Source: a candidate division GN15 bacterium
Lineage (GTDB): Bacteria; Zixibacteria; MSB-5A5; GN15; FEB-12
Direction of reading: 5' to 3'
Length of the DNA: 30,009 nucleotides
NCBI GenBank assembly: GCA_014729205.1
Contig: WJKG01000457.1
Location: 1 to 30,009 of the forward strand
Positions 17,144-26,495 of the stretch are shown piece after piece (within the stretch, counting starts at the first letter, position 1; each line of letters opens with the position of its first letter). Both the position numbers and the translations under genes were made by a program. The notes beneath the pieces are model-generated. The model was not told where the DNA came from, made no database searches, and saw only the letters and a program-made list of their open reading frames with translations.

Positions 17144-17419
17144 ATGATTAGCTCTCCCGCCCATCCGGAGAATCGGTCAGAACGCCAGTGCAACCGTCTG
17201 GCGTACTGGCTGGCCCAACCGCTCATCTGGAGCATATACGCGTACCGGTTCACGCTTTCCCCAATCGTTGGCAATAGCTGTCGCTTTTGGCCCACCTGTT
17301 CGCATTACGGCGAGCAGGCGTTGCGGCGCTATGGAGCATGGCGAGGGAGCATAATGGCGGCCAGTCGTGTGCTCCGATGCCACCCGTGGCACGAGGGTGG
17401 CTATGATCCGGTTGAATAA
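17144..17419 (+). CDS. yidD: Membrane protein insertion efficiency factor YidD
   Basis: YRFTLSP, CRFWPTCSHYG..A, RVLRCHPW..GGYDPV. Confidence 0.95.
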   Translation: MISSPAHPENRSERQCNRLAYWLAQPLIWSIYAYRFTLSPIVGNSCRFWPTCSHYGEQALRRYGAWRGSIMAASRVLRCHPWHEGGYDPVE

Positions 17420-17515
17420 GAGCGAACTGAACGGGTATATGTTGAAGCAGCCAAAAGGACATGGACAATAAAATGGTCTCTTATCACGATCGAATAGGAT
17501 TGCAGGGAAGGCACA

Positions 17516-19264
17516 TTGGATAAGAAAAGTATCGCCCTGGTTGTGGTCCTGGTGGCCATTGTCATCTTCTACTATCCCATCCTGGAGTTCTTCGGGGTCT
17601 ACCAGCCCGCTCCAGAGGGCGAACAGCAACCGCCCGGCAAGGATACCACCCAGGTAGCTCCCGATTTAACTCAGCAGGAAACGACTCCACCATCGACCAC
17701 TCGTGCCGACACGACCAGCGATCTGGCGGTTGTGTACGACAGTGTCGAGGGTGGCATGGACAGTCTGCCACAGCAGGTTGACACGGTGGTCATCCGCACT
17801 AACAAGTATACGGTGACGATGGTGTCATTCGGCGGTGGACCGGTCGGCCAGGTGCTTAGCGAGTACAATTACCCCGATGGTACTCCCATCAAAATGCTCA
17901 ACCTTGCCGAGGAGGCAACGCCAACAGCCACCTTTGCTGGCGAGACATTTTCAACCTCGCAGGTGCATTTTGACTGCAATATGAGCGCCGGGACGTACGA
18001 CGCCAGATCATCGAAGATGACCGTTGAATACACCTACATGTCGCCGTCGGGCGGGAGCATTGTCAAGCGTTACTACTTCTACCCGGATGCCTACCATTAT
18101 GACCTGGTGCTCGAGGTTATGGACGCGCGTGCGATGGGGTTCGAACGCAAGTACAACTTGGTCTGGAACACTCCATTGACGCCGACCGAATCTCAGGAAG
18201 GGGTTGATTACAGCGAGATGCAGGCGGTCGGGATGATGTCCGGGTCGCGCGAGGTGCTTGATGATTTCGATGACAACAGGCTGAATCAGGCCTTGACCGG
18301 CTCTACTAACTGGGCCGGTGTTCGCGAGAAGTACTTCACCGCCGTGTTGATACCGCGCAACAGGTTGGCCGAAGGGTTCTTTGCCCGCGGCGAGGAATTC
18401 GAACGGATGGGCAAGAATGGCGGCACGGTGGATGAACGGCGGGTGATCGCCGGAATCGAGATGCCATTTGCTGATGTGCCCCGGGTTACTGACAGCTTCA
18501 CAGTCTTTGTGGGGCCGCTCGATTACGAGGTGATGGCAGCATATGACATCGATCTTGAGGACATGCTGGGGATCGGCTCCACGCCGGTGGTTGGCTGGAT
18601 TATCAAACCGTTTGCCCTGGGGGTGATCTGGCTCCTGCCACGGATGTACGACGTGATAGGAAACTACGGAATGGTGATCATTGTCTTCGCCTTCCTGGTC
18701 AAACTGATTACGCTGCCGCTTTCGCTGAAGTCCTTCAAGTCGATGCAGGCGATGAAGGAACTCCAGCCGAAAATGGAGGAGATGCGCAAGAAGTTCAAGA
18801 AGGATCCGCAGAAGCTGAATCAGGAGATGATGAAGCTCTATAAGAAACACGGGGTCAATCCCATGTCCGGCTGTCTGCCGATTCTGCCCCAGATGCCGCT
18901 CTTTATTGCCATGTTCACGGTCTTCCGCTCCACCATTCTGCTGAGGAACGCTCCCTTTGTGGGCTTTATCGATGACCTCTCACGTGGAGCACAGGGTCTG
19001 ACCGATCCGTATATTATCCTGGTGATCATTATGGTCGGTGCCCAGTTCATTTCGCAGAAAGTGACCATGGGCACTGCCACCCAGCAGAACAAGGCGATGC
19101 TGTATATTATGCCGCTGTTTATTGGAGCGATATTCTACAGCGTTTCCTCGGGACTGGTGCTGTATTGGACGTGCTTCTCCCTGTTCTCGCTGGTTGATTG
19201 GGCGCTCTTTAAACGAGGCAAGATGGCACAGGCCAAAGCCAAGAAGGTGGCCACTTCCTCCTGA
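17516..19264 (+). CDS. yidC: Membrane protein insertase YidC
   Basis: N-terminal TM segment, periplasmic domain, GNYG..II.....VKLI.LPL, MKELQPK, LYKKHGVNP.SGCLP, SGLVLYW. TTG start. Confidence 0.96.
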   Translation: MDKKSIALVVVLVAIVIFYYPILEFFGVYQPAPEGEQQPPGKDTTQVAPDLTQQETTPPSTTRADTTSDLAVVYDSVEGGMDSLPQQVDTVVIRTNKYTVTMVSFGGGPVGQVLSEYNYPDGTPIKMLNLAEEATPTATFAGETFSTSQVHFDCNMSAGTYDARSSKMTVEYTYMSPSGGSIVKRYYFYPDAYHYDLVLEVMDARAMGFERKYNLVWNTPLTPTESQEGVDYSEMQAVGMMSGSREVLDDFDDNRLNQALTGSTNWAGVREKYFTAVLIPRNRLAEGFFARGEEFERMGKNGGTVDERRVIAGIEMPFADVPRVTDSFTVFVGPLDYEVMAAYDIDLEDMLGIGSTPVVGWIIKPFALGVIWLLPRMYDVIGNYGMVIIVFAFLVKLITLPLSLKSFKSMQAMKELQPKMEEMRKKFKKDPQKLNQEMMKLYKKHGVNPMSGCLPILPQMPLFIAMFTVFRSTILLRNAPFVGFIDDLSRGAQGLTDPYIILVIIMVGAQFISQKVTMGTATQQNKAMLYIMPLFIGAIFYSVSSGLVLYWTCFSLFSLVDWALFKRGKMAQAKAKKVATSS

Positions 19265-19292
19265 CCTGAGACCAGCGACTGTGAGTTTTCCG

Positions 19293-19325
19293 GGCCGGGA
19301 GCAGATCTGCTTCCGGCCTTTGTTT
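19293..19325 (+). terminator. Intrinsic terminator after yidC
   Basis: GGCCGGGAGCA-GATC-TGCTTCCGGCC followed by TTTGTTT. Confidence 0.78.
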
Positions 19326-19356
19326 CGCTCAGAACCATGTGACATGTTTGTGCGAC

Positions 19357-20745
19357 ATGAAAGACGCTCCGATTGACGATACAATTGCTGCCATTATCAC
19401 TCCACCCGGCGGGGGTGGTATCGCAGCCGTACGGATGGCAGGTCCAGATGCCACGACGGTGATGCGTCGGCACTTCAGGCCGCACCGTGGCAGCGCAGAT
19501 GAGCCGCTCAGGCCATTCACGATGCGGGTCGGATATTTTGTCGATAGTCAGGGCTCTGTTCTTGACGAGGTGACGGCTGTCTTCATGCCACATGGACAGT
19601 CGTATACCGGTCTGGACCAGGTTGAGTTCTTCACTCATGGCGGAAGGCTGGTGGTTCGGCAGGTGATGGCGGCGCTGACCAGATCGGGAGCACGTCCGGC
19701 TCAGCCCGGAGAGTTCACGAAGCTCGCTTTTCTCAACGGGCGCATCGATTTAGCCAAGGCGGAAGCGGTTGCCGATGTCATTGCTGCCAACACTGAACGA
19801 TCACTCGGCAGCGCCCGCAGGCAATTGCTGGGAGCATACTCGGAGAAGGTTGAGGCGTTGCGATCACTGCTGGTGGACGCGCTGGCCGAGATCGAAGCCT
19901 CGGTCGACTTCCCCGAAGACGAGATTGAGCCGGCTACTCTCAAGAAGATAGCTCAGGCCGTGCTCCGAGCAGAGTCTGACGTCGACACATTGCTCTCCAG
20001 CTACCAAGGTGGCAGGATTCTCCGCGAGGGGTTCCGCCTGGTCATAGGAGGCCGCCCCAATGCGGGCAAGTCATCGTTGTTCAATGTGCTCCTGGGGCAA
20101 ACACGCGCCCTGGTTACGCCGACTCCGGGAACGACACGCGATTATCTCTCCGAGTGGATAGAAGTGGAAGGAATCGCTGTCAACCTGCTTGATACCGCGG
20201 GACTGAGGGCGACACGTTCGCGTCTGGAGCAGGCCGGTCAGGCTATGACCGAGGACATTATGGCCGGCGCCGATCTGGTGCTGTGGATGTGCGATCTGTC
20301 GCGTCGCCGGGTCTGGTCTGAGCTTGCCGAGGATGTCAGAAGGATCCAGACGGCACCGATTCTGGTTGCTGCAAACAAGCTCGACCTGACTCCCGAAGCA
20401 AGCCCGGAGAGTCTTGGCAAGCTCGGGGTTGAGGGCTGTTTTGTTTCCTGCAAGACGGGTGAAGGGATTCCGGCGCTAAAACAACTGGTGCAGAATCGTA
20501 TAGAGAGTATACTGCCGGATATGACCGACGGCTTGGCGGTAACCTCGGAGCGCCATGCGGTCAATCTGCAGCGGGCACTCGAACACTTGCGGACCGCCCG
20601 GGAGCTGCTGACGCAGAACGCCTCGCCGGAGTTGCCGGCTCTGGAGCTGCGCGCGGCGTTGACAGCCCTTGAGGAGATCACAGGTCGTGTGTATACCGAA
20701 GATATACTTGAGCGTATTTTCAGCCGTTTTTGTGTTGGTAAGTAG
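19357..20745 (+). CDS. mnmE: tRNA modification GTPase MnmE (TrmE)
   Basis: DTIAAIITPPG.GGIA.VR..G, SYTG.D.VEF..HGG, GEFT..AFLNGRIDL, GRPNAGKSSLFN, GTTRD, DTAGLR, IFSRFCVGK. Start could be 19339 or 19357. Confidence 0.97.
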   Translation: MKDAPIDDTIAAIITPPGGGGIAAVRMAGPDATTVMRRHFRPHRGSADEPLRPFTMRVGYFVDSQGSVLDEVTAVFMPHGQSYTGLDQVEFFTHGGRLVVRQVMAALTRSGARPAQPGEFTKLAFLNGRIDLAKAEAVADVIAANTERSLGSARRQLLGAYSEKVEALRSLLVDALAEIEASVDFPEDEIEPATLKKIAQAVLRAESDVDTLLSSYQGGRILREGFRLVIGGRPNAGKSSLFNVLLGQTRALVTPTPGTTRDYLSEWIEVEGIAVNLLDTAGLRATRSRLEQAGQAMTEDIMAGADLVLWMCDLSRRRVWSELAEDVRRIQTAPILVAANKLDLTPEASPESLGKLGVEGCFVSCKTGEGIPALKQLVQNRIESILPDMTDGLAVTSERHAVNLQRALEHLRTARELLTQNASPELPALELRAALTALEEITGRVYTEDILERIFSRFCVGK

Positions 20746-20765
20746 ACTGTGCGGTCGGATTAGAC

Positions 20766-20774
20766 TGTGAATAA
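20766..20774 (-). promoter_or_regulatory. Single consensus DnaA box upstream of mnmG
   Basis: TGTGAATAA, reverse complement TTATTCACA, matching TTWTNCACA. Confidence 0.5.
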
Positions 20775-20801
20775 GTTGTTGTTAATGAGTGAATTAGCCT
20801 A

Positions 20802-20817
20802 CGTTTCACATGAAACA
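20802..20817. promoter_or_regulatory. parS site overlapping the mnmG start codon
   Basis: CGTTTCACATGAAACA, 14/16 match to TGTTTCACGTGAAACA; contains the ATG at 20810. Confidence 0.75.
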
Positions 20818-22717
20818 TCGCGATTTTGACATAATCGTCGTCGGTGGCGGGCACGCCGGTGTCGAGACCGCTCTCGTTGGCGAGCGGATGGGTCGAAGCG
20901 TGGCGCTGGTGACTATGGACCGGAAGAAGCTGGCGCTGATGTCGTGCAATCCGGCCATTGGTGGTATCGCCAAGTCACACGTCGTCAAGGAGGTCGATGC
21001 GCTCGGCGGCGTGATGGGACTGGCTGCCGATGCCGCCGGAATCCAGTTTAGACGGCTCAATCTTTCCCGGGGGCCAGCGGTCTGGTCGACCCGGGTGCAA
21101 TGCGATCGGCGAAGATATGCCGAGTACATCGTCGACTATGTCAGTGAACGACCACGCATAACCGTCATCGAAGGTATCGCCGGGCGGCTCATTGTTGCCA
21201 GTGGGGCCGTTGCCGGAATCGTTACCGAGGATGGCCGGGAGATTTCCGGCGGAGCGGTTGTTATCGCGACCGGAACCTTCCTGGGTGGAGTTATTCATGT
21301 CGGACAAAAGCAAATCCGGGCCGGACGCATGGGCGAGCCGGCGGCTACGCAGATGTCCCGGTGTCTGCAGGAACTCGGTTTCGAGACCGGACGACTGAAA
21401 ACGGGGACTCCGCCGCGTCTGGATGGACAGACCATCGACTGGGAAAAGTGCCGTTTGCAGCCCGGTGACGACCCCCTGCCGTTGTTCTCCGAGTATAGCC
21501 GCCGGGAGCCGTTCGCCCAGATACCGTGTCATCTGACCTATACGACAGACCAGACGAAGCAGATTGTCAGCCAGTCGTTTGACCAGTCGCCGATGTTCTC
21601 CGGGCAGATACAGTCGACCGGGCCGCGGTACTGCCCATCGATCGAAGACAAATTCCATCGGTTTGCCGAGAAACCGAGCCACCAGATATTCCTGGAGCCG
21701 GAAGGGAACGGAACGTCAGAAGTCTACCCCAACGGCTTCTCGACAGCGCTGCCCGAGGAGATCCAGCGCCAGGCGGTTCGTACTATCGTGGGCTTAGAAG
21801 AGGTCAAGATGACTCGTCCCGGTTATGCCATTGAGTACGACTACTGCCCGGCGCGGCAAGTGAAGGCTTCATTGGAAACGAAGCTCGTATCGGGGCTCTA
21901 TTTCGTGGGACAGATTAACGGTACGTCGGGATATGAAGAAGCTGCCGGTCAGGGACTTATGGCGGGTTTGAATGCTTGTCTGCAGCTCGAGGGAGAGCTG
22001 CCGCTGATTCTGGATCGGTCGGAGGCGTATATCGGCGTGATGATTGATGATCTTGTTACACGATCAACCACCGAACCATATCGGCTGTTTACCTCAAGGG
22101 CGGAGTACCGCCTGGCTCTTCGGGAGGACAATGCCCGCGACCGCCTTTGGATGTACGCACGGCGCTATGGCCTGCTGCCGGAGGACGTACTGACGGGCTT
22201 TGATCAGCTCCGCAATCGAACCGATCGTGCGGTGACAACCCTTGAGAGGAGATATGTCGAGGTGGCATCACTCGACGGGCTGGCCACGCGTTTCAAGCGT
22301 CGGACCCACGTGTCACTGGCCGATTTGCTTCGTCAGCCGGGAGTGTCGATAGCGGACTGCCGAGAGGTAATTGGCAACTCGGCACCGGAACTGGCAGATG
22401 ATGAAGAGGCACTAGGCCGAGCCGCGATCCAGATTCAGTACAGTGGATACATTGAAAAGCAGCAGCGGGAGATAGACAAGTTCCGGCGGGCCGAATCGCA
22501 TTTGATCCCCGAAGATTTCGACTTCTCCGGTGTTCGCGGGCTCAAGACCGAGGCCCGGGAGAAACTGGCCCGCTTCCGTCCTCGATCGCTGGGGCAGGCC
22601 GGGCGAATCGAGGGCGTAACGCCCGGTGACGTGGCGGTTCTTTCGGTGTGGGTTAAGCGTCATGAAGCGAACGGTCAGGCGGGGACTGATTCCAGTGGGG
22701 AAAGGAAAGAGGTGTAA
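20810..22717 (+). CDS. mnmG: tRNA uridine-5-carboxymethylaminomethyl modification enzyme MnmG (GidA)
   Basis: IIVVGGGHAG.E, SCNPAIGG.AK, RLKTGTPPRLDG, GPRYCPSIEDK, GQINGTSGYEEAAGQG, YRLFTSRAEYRL.LREDNA. Confidence 0.98.
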   Translation: MKHRDFDIIVVGGGHAGVETALVGERMGRSVALVTMDRKKLALMSCNPAIGGIAKSHVVKEVDALGGVMGLAADAAGIQFRRLNLSRGPAVWSTRVQCDRRRYAEYIVDYVSERPRITVIEGIAGRLIVASGAVAGIVTEDGREISGGAVVIATGTFLGGVIHVGQKQIRAGRMGEPAATQMSRCLQELGFETGRLKTGTPPRLDGQTIDWEKCRLQPGDDPLPLFSEYSRREPFAQIPCHLTYTTDQTKQIVSQSFDQSPMFSGQIQSTGPRYCPSIEDKFHRFAEKPSHQIFLEPEGNGTSEVYPNGFSTALPEEIQRQAVRTIVGLEEVKMTRPGYAIEYDYCPARQVKASLETKLVSGLYFVGQINGTSGYEEAAGQGLMAGLNACLQLEGELPLILDRSEAYIGVMIDDLVTRSTTEPYRLFTSRAEYRLALREDNARDRLWMYARRYGLLPEDVLTGFDQLRNRTDRAVTTLERRYVEVASLDGLATRFKRRTHVSLADLLRQPGVSIADCREVIGNSAPELADDEEALGRAAIQIQYSGYIEKQQREIDKFRRAESHLIPEDFDFSGVRGLKTEAREKLARFRPRSLGQAGRIEGVTPGDVAVLSVWVKRHEANGQAGTDSSGERKEV

Positions 22718-23334
22718 TGGTGGCGCACGTAGCCGGGCATCTGTCATATACATCTGAAGAGCTCCTGGAGATGTACGATCCGGAAGGTATGGTGGAACGA
22801 TACATCGATTTGGTCTTCGAAGAGAACGAGAAGGTCAATATCGTTTCACGTGAAACCGAGCGGGCCGATCTGAAGCGACTGGCGGCTGAGTCCCTGGCAC
22901 CGCTGGAGGTAATAGACGAGGGACCATTTGCCGATATGCTTGATATTGGATCGGGTGGCGGGCTGCCCTCGGTGCCGATCCTCATTTCCGGGGCAGTTCT
23001 TCAGGGCACCCTGGTGGAGCGCACCCAGAAGAAGGCTGCCGTGCTCGATCGGATTATCGAGGGATTGGGCCTCCCGGCCGAGGTCATTGCTCGCAATCTC
23101 GATGAGGCGGGGCTGTCCGAGCCATTCGACCTGATTACACTTCGCCTCGTCCGACTGACCGGACGGTTGCTTAATCTCATTGGGCGTCTGAGCCACGAGA
23201 ATACGCTGGTGATTTACTACGCACGCCCTGAAACCAGCCTGAAACTCAGCGGATGGACTGCCGAAGGCTACTCGTACCGCGTTGACAACTCGCAGCAGGA
23301 CAAGCGCTTCACGCTGCTACGCAAGAAAGCTTGA
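22717..23334 (+). CDS. rsmG: 16S rRNA (guanine527-N7) methyltransferase RsmG (GidB)
   Basis: VNIVSRET, LDIGSGGGLP, LVER..KKA; canonical position between mnmG and parA. Confidence 0.88.
   Translation: MVAHVAGHLSYTSEELLEMYDPEGMVERYIDLVFEENEKVNIVSRETERADLKRLAAESLAPLEVIDEGPFADMLDIGSGGGLPSVPILISGAVLQGTLVERTQKKAAVLDRIIEGLGLPAEVIARNLDEAGLSEPFDLITLRLVRLTGRLLNLIGRLSHENTLVIYYARPETSLKLSGWTAEGYSYRVDNSQQDKRFTLLRKKA
22842..22857. promoter_or_regulatory. parS site inside rsmG
   Basis: CGTTTCACGTGAAACC, with a perfect 14-bp palindromic core; encodes V-S-R-E-T. Confidence 0.85.
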
Positions 23335-23350
23335 AGCCGTCTCGTTTTTT

Positions 23351-23366
23351 TGTTGCATGTGAAACA
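23351..23366. promoter_or_regulatory. parS site in the rsmG-parA intergenic region
   Basis: TGTTGCATGTGAAACA, 14/16 match to consensus. Confidence 0.72.
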
Positions 23367-23546
23367 CTATGGGGGTACTATTGACTCGCAATACCGAGAG
23401 AGTTGCGCCGAACTGCGTCAAATAGCCCTGCCAGTTAGGTTTGTGGCAAATCCGAACTATGAGGCAGGACGGCCGTGATGCCGGGGCAGCTCCTTTCGGC
23501 AAGTCTTCGTTAACCTGTCTGAGGACTTAAGCTACAGGGAGGTCGC

Positions 23547-24305
23547 TTGAGCAAGATCATCGCCGTTGCCAACCAGAAGGGGGGAGTCGGCAAGACAACC
23601 ACCGCCGTCAATCTCGCTTCTTGTCTGGCGGCCGCCGAGAAGAAGACCTGCTTAATTGACATGGATCCCCAGGCAAACACTACCAGTGGTATCGGTATTG
23701 ACCGCAGCACCGTCGAAATGTCTATCTACGATGTGCTGGTGGGCGAAAAGTCAGTTCGCGATGTCATGCGCCCGACCGAGCTGGACTACCTGAATCTGGT
23801 GCCGTCTTCTATCAATCTGGTCGGTGCCGAAGTGGAACTGGTGGGCATGCTTTCACGTGAAACACGACTGCAGAGCGCGCTGCGGGGGATCGAGGACGAT
23901 TACCAGTTCGTTATAGTAGATTGTCCTCCGTCGCTTGGGCTGTTGACCATTAATACGCTCACGGCCGCCGATTCGGTGATCATCCCGATCCAGTGTGAAT
24001 ACTATGCCCTGGAGGGCTTGGGACAGCTGATGAACACCATCAAGCTGGTTAAGGACAATCTGAATCCTGATCTGGAAATCGAAGGGGTCCTGCTGACCAT
24101 GTACGATGGTCGACTTAACCTGTCCAAGCAGGTTTCCGAGGAAGTGCGGAAATACTTCGATGGCAAAGTCTATCACACCGTGATTTCTCGCAATGTGCGA
24201 CTTTCCGAGGCCCCCTCGTTTGGCAAACCGATCATCCTGTATGACATCCTGTCGACCGGGGCGGAGAACTACATGGCCCTGACAAAAGAGGTACTGGCAC
24301 AATGA
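23547..24305 (+). CDS. parA: Chromosome partitioning ATPase ParA (Soj)
   Basis: ANQKGGVGKTTT deviant Walker A, DMDPQAN, IVDCPPSLGLLT, PIQCEYYALEG, RNVRLSEAPSFG; SD GGGAGG before TTG. Confidence 0.97.
   Translation: MSKIIAVANQKGGVGKTTTAVNLASCLAAAEKKTCLIDMDPQANTTSGIGIDRSTVEMSIYDVLVGEKSVRDVMRPTELDYLNLVPSSINLVGAEVELVGMLSRETRLQSALRGIEDDYQFVIVDCPPSLGLLTINTLTAADSVIIPIQCEYYALEGLGQLMNTIKLVKDNLNPDLEIEGVLLTMYDGRLNLSKQVSEEVRKYFDGKVYHTVISRNVRLSEAPSFGKPIILYDILSTGAENYMALTKEVLAQ
23849..23864. promoter_or_regulatory. parS site inside parA
   Basis: GCTTTCACGTGAAACA, 14/16 match; encodes L-S-R-E-T. Confidence 0.78.
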
Positions 24306-25153
24306 GTAAACTGGTTTTAGGTAAGGGGCTTGAGGCGCTTATCCCAAGCGACCGCAAACTCCCCACCGAAGAAGAAGGCCGGTACCAGACGGTACCGCTG
24401 GAGAATATCCAACCGAACCCCATGCAGCCCCGTCGCGAGTTCGATGAGGAGTCGCTGAAGGAGCTGGCTGTGTCGCTCAAGCGCGACGGTTTGATGCAGC
24501 CGCTGGTTGTTCGTAAAGATGGGTCCAAGTATACCATTATTGCGGGCGAGCGCCGGTTTCGAGCGGCCAGTATCGCCGCTCTCAAACAGGTGCCGGTGGT
24601 GGTGCTGGAGAATATCGATGATGACCGGATGCTGGAGCTGGCCCTGATAGAGAACCTGCAGCGCGAGGATCTCAATCCGCTGGAGGTGGCCGAGGCGTAC
24701 CGGGTGCTGATTGACCGATGCGGCCTGACTCAGAATGAGTTGGCGCTGCGGGTCGGTAAGTCGCGTTCGGCGGTAGCGAACCTGCTTCGACTGCTGCAGC
24801 TTCCCGACTCCATCAAGGCGATGGTGCGCGACGGGCGTCTGACCGAGGGGCACGCGCGTGCTATCCTGGCGGCGAATTCCGAAGGGGAAATGCTTAAGTT
24901 GGCGCAGCAGGTTGTCGATGGGAAGATGACGGTCCGCAGTGCGGAGAAGGCCAGCTCCACACGCAAACGGGGGCGCGCCGCGACTCGTCGCAAGTCCCCC
25001 GAGTTGATGGAGGCGGAGGCATTTCTCAAGCGCCAGTTGGGTACTTCGGTGCGCGTGCACCACGGTTCCAAGCGCGGGCGGATCGAGATTGAGTATTACG
25101 GTGATGATGACTTGAGCCGACTGCTGGATCTGTTCCGGCAGCTGGGTGCATAG
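24302..25153 (+). CDS. parB: Chromosome partitioning protein ParB (Spo0J)
   Basis: LGKGLEALIP, NPMQPRREF, IIAGERRFRA (GxxR CTPase motif), ENLQREDLNPLE, VGKSRSAVANLLRLL. Confidence 0.97.
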   Translation: MSKLVLGKGLEALIPSDRKLPTEEEGRYQTVPLENIQPNPMQPRREFDEESLKELAVSLKRDGLMQPLVVRKDGSKYTIIAGERRFRAASIAALKQVPVVVLENIDDDRMLELALIENLQREDLNPLEVAEAYRVLIDRCGLTQNELALRVGKSRSAVANLLRLLQLPDSIKAMVRDGRLTEGHARAILAANSEGEMLKLAQQVVDGKMTVRSAEKASSTRKRGRAATRRKSPELMEAEAFLKRQLGTSVRVHHGSKRGRIEIEYYGDDDLSRLLDLFRQLGA

Positions 25154-25192
25154 AACAAAGCGAATCAACGACTCCCAGGACGGAAGTACAGT

Positions 25193-25978
25193 ATGCCCAG
25201 GTCACGCTATGTGACAATAATGATGATTCCCGATGGTACCAGCGAGCGTCGCGGCTACCGCGTCCCGGCCTGGGTACTAAAAGCGGCCGCGGGGCTGCTG
25301 GCTCTGGTGGTGATTGGTATCGTGTTGTTTTTCGTCTTCTACGGCGAGGTGCTCAGCCGGGCGGCGATGGCCGAGCGACTGGAGCGCGAGAATCATCGCC
25401 TGCTGAAGTACCAGTACAAGGTGCGTCTGCTCGAGGAGAATCTGGTCCAGGCCCGTGAGATACTCGGGCGTCTGACCAAACTGGCCGGCGTGGATTACAG
25501 CTTTCCGGAAGTACCCGATGATTCCACGTTCTTTGCCTCGCTTGACAACGACCAGGCGGTGGTTCTGGCGCGAAGCGGCTCGATCGATTTCTCGATTCCC
25601 TCCGGGATGCCGATGGAGGGAGTACTCAGCCAGGGATTTGAAACCGGCGACTCCGATCGCTACCACCCCGGGATCGATCTGGCCGCAGCGATTGGCGAGC
25701 CGATCCTGGCAACGGCGACGGGCGTGGTTGAGGAAGCTGCTTTCGACTCGGTCTACGGCTGGTATCTGGTGCTTCGGCACAACGACAGCCTGACCACCAT
25801 GTATGGCCACGCCGACACGCTCCTGGTGGCGGTGGGACAGATGGTCCCGGTGGGATCACGTCTGGCTCTGTGTGGCAACACCGGTCGTTCTACAGCGCCG
25901 CATTTACACTATGAAATCAGAATCAATGGTAAACCTATAGATCCTTTGGACAGCCCCTATGATGAAAAAAGGAAATAG
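25193..25978 (+). CDS. Membrane-anchored M23 family metallopeptidase with coiled coil
   Basis: TM segment, coiled coil, HPGID (HxxxD), GNTGRSTAPHLHYEIR (HxH). Confidence 0.92.
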   Translation: MPRSRYVTIMMIPDGTSERRGYRVPAWVLKAAAGLLALVVIGIVLFFVFYGEVLSRAAMAERLERENHRLLKYQYKVRLLEENLVQAREILGRLTKLAGVDYSFPEVPDDSTFFASLDNDQAVVLARSGSIDFSIPSGMPMEGVLSQGFETGDSDRYHPGIDLAAAIGEPILATATGVVEEAAFDSVYGWYLVLRHNDSLTTMYGHADTLLVAVGQMVPVGSRLALCGNTGRSTAPHLHYEIRINGKPIDPLDSPYDEKRK

Positions 25979-26378
25979 CGAATCGGACGGAGTAATGAAC
26001 ACTATCATTGGAAAAGACACTGTCATTACCGGCACGCTGGAGCTCAAAGGAGCGCTGCGTGTTGACGGCACTGTAAAGGGCAAGATTATCTGCGACGACT
26101 GTGTGACCGTCGGTGTGACCGGCAAGGTCGAGGCGGAGATCGAGGCCAACACGGCCATTGTGGCTGGCCACCTGGTGGGGAATATCCAGGCCACCGAAAA
26201 GATCGAGCTACAGGCCAAGTGTGAAATGGACGGAGACCTTCGGACTAAGTCACTGGTCATTGAGCAGGGCGCGATCTTCTGCGGTGCCTGCAATATGAAG
26301 GACACCAAGCCGGACTTGGGATTCCTGCCGCCAGACCAGAAAAAGGAGAAGGAAGCACAGAAGCAAAACAGCAAGTAA
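25959..26378 (+). CDS. Bactofilin (polymer-forming cytoskeletal protein, CcmA family)
   Basis: NTIIGKDTVITGTL...G.LRVDG.VKG.I, V.G...GNI.A.EKIEL, GD..TKSLVIEQGA.F.G.C.M. Start could be 25959, 25962 or 25995. Confidence 0.93.
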   Translation: MMKKGNSESDGVMNTIIGKDTVITGTLELKGALRVDGTVKGKIICDDCVTVGVTGKVEAEIEANTAIVAGHLVGNIQATEKIELQAKCEMDGDLRTKSLVIEQGAIFCGACNMKDTKPDLGFLPPDQKKEKEAQKQNSK

Positions 26379-26396
26379 CAGCCACCGAGCCACCCT

Positions 26397-26495
26397 TGTG
26401 GACAAGCGGCAAATTCTGTGGAAAAGGTGGTATGTGATTGTGAATCAACCATTTCGCCCCCGGCAGACGTGGACCCAACAGGCCTGTTATCCACA
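26397..26495. promoter_or_regulatory. DnaA-box cluster B (candidate oriC)
   Basis: TGTGGACAA 26397-26405, TGTGGAAAA 26417-26425, TGTGAATCA 26439-26447 and perfect TTATCCACA 26487-26495, followed by a relatively AT-rich stretch. Confidence 0.68.

Noticed and set aside
18976-18991. CCTCTCACGTGGAGCA in yidC as a fifth parS
   Set aside because: Five mismatches to the consensus; only the CACGTG core matches.
24317-25168. 283-aa antisense ORF over parB, and other long antisense ORFs such as 456..1370, 18008..18850 and 28839..29804
   Set aside because: Antisense-frame shadows typical of GC-rich coding DNA; no recognisable motifs, and each is fully overlapped by a confident gene.
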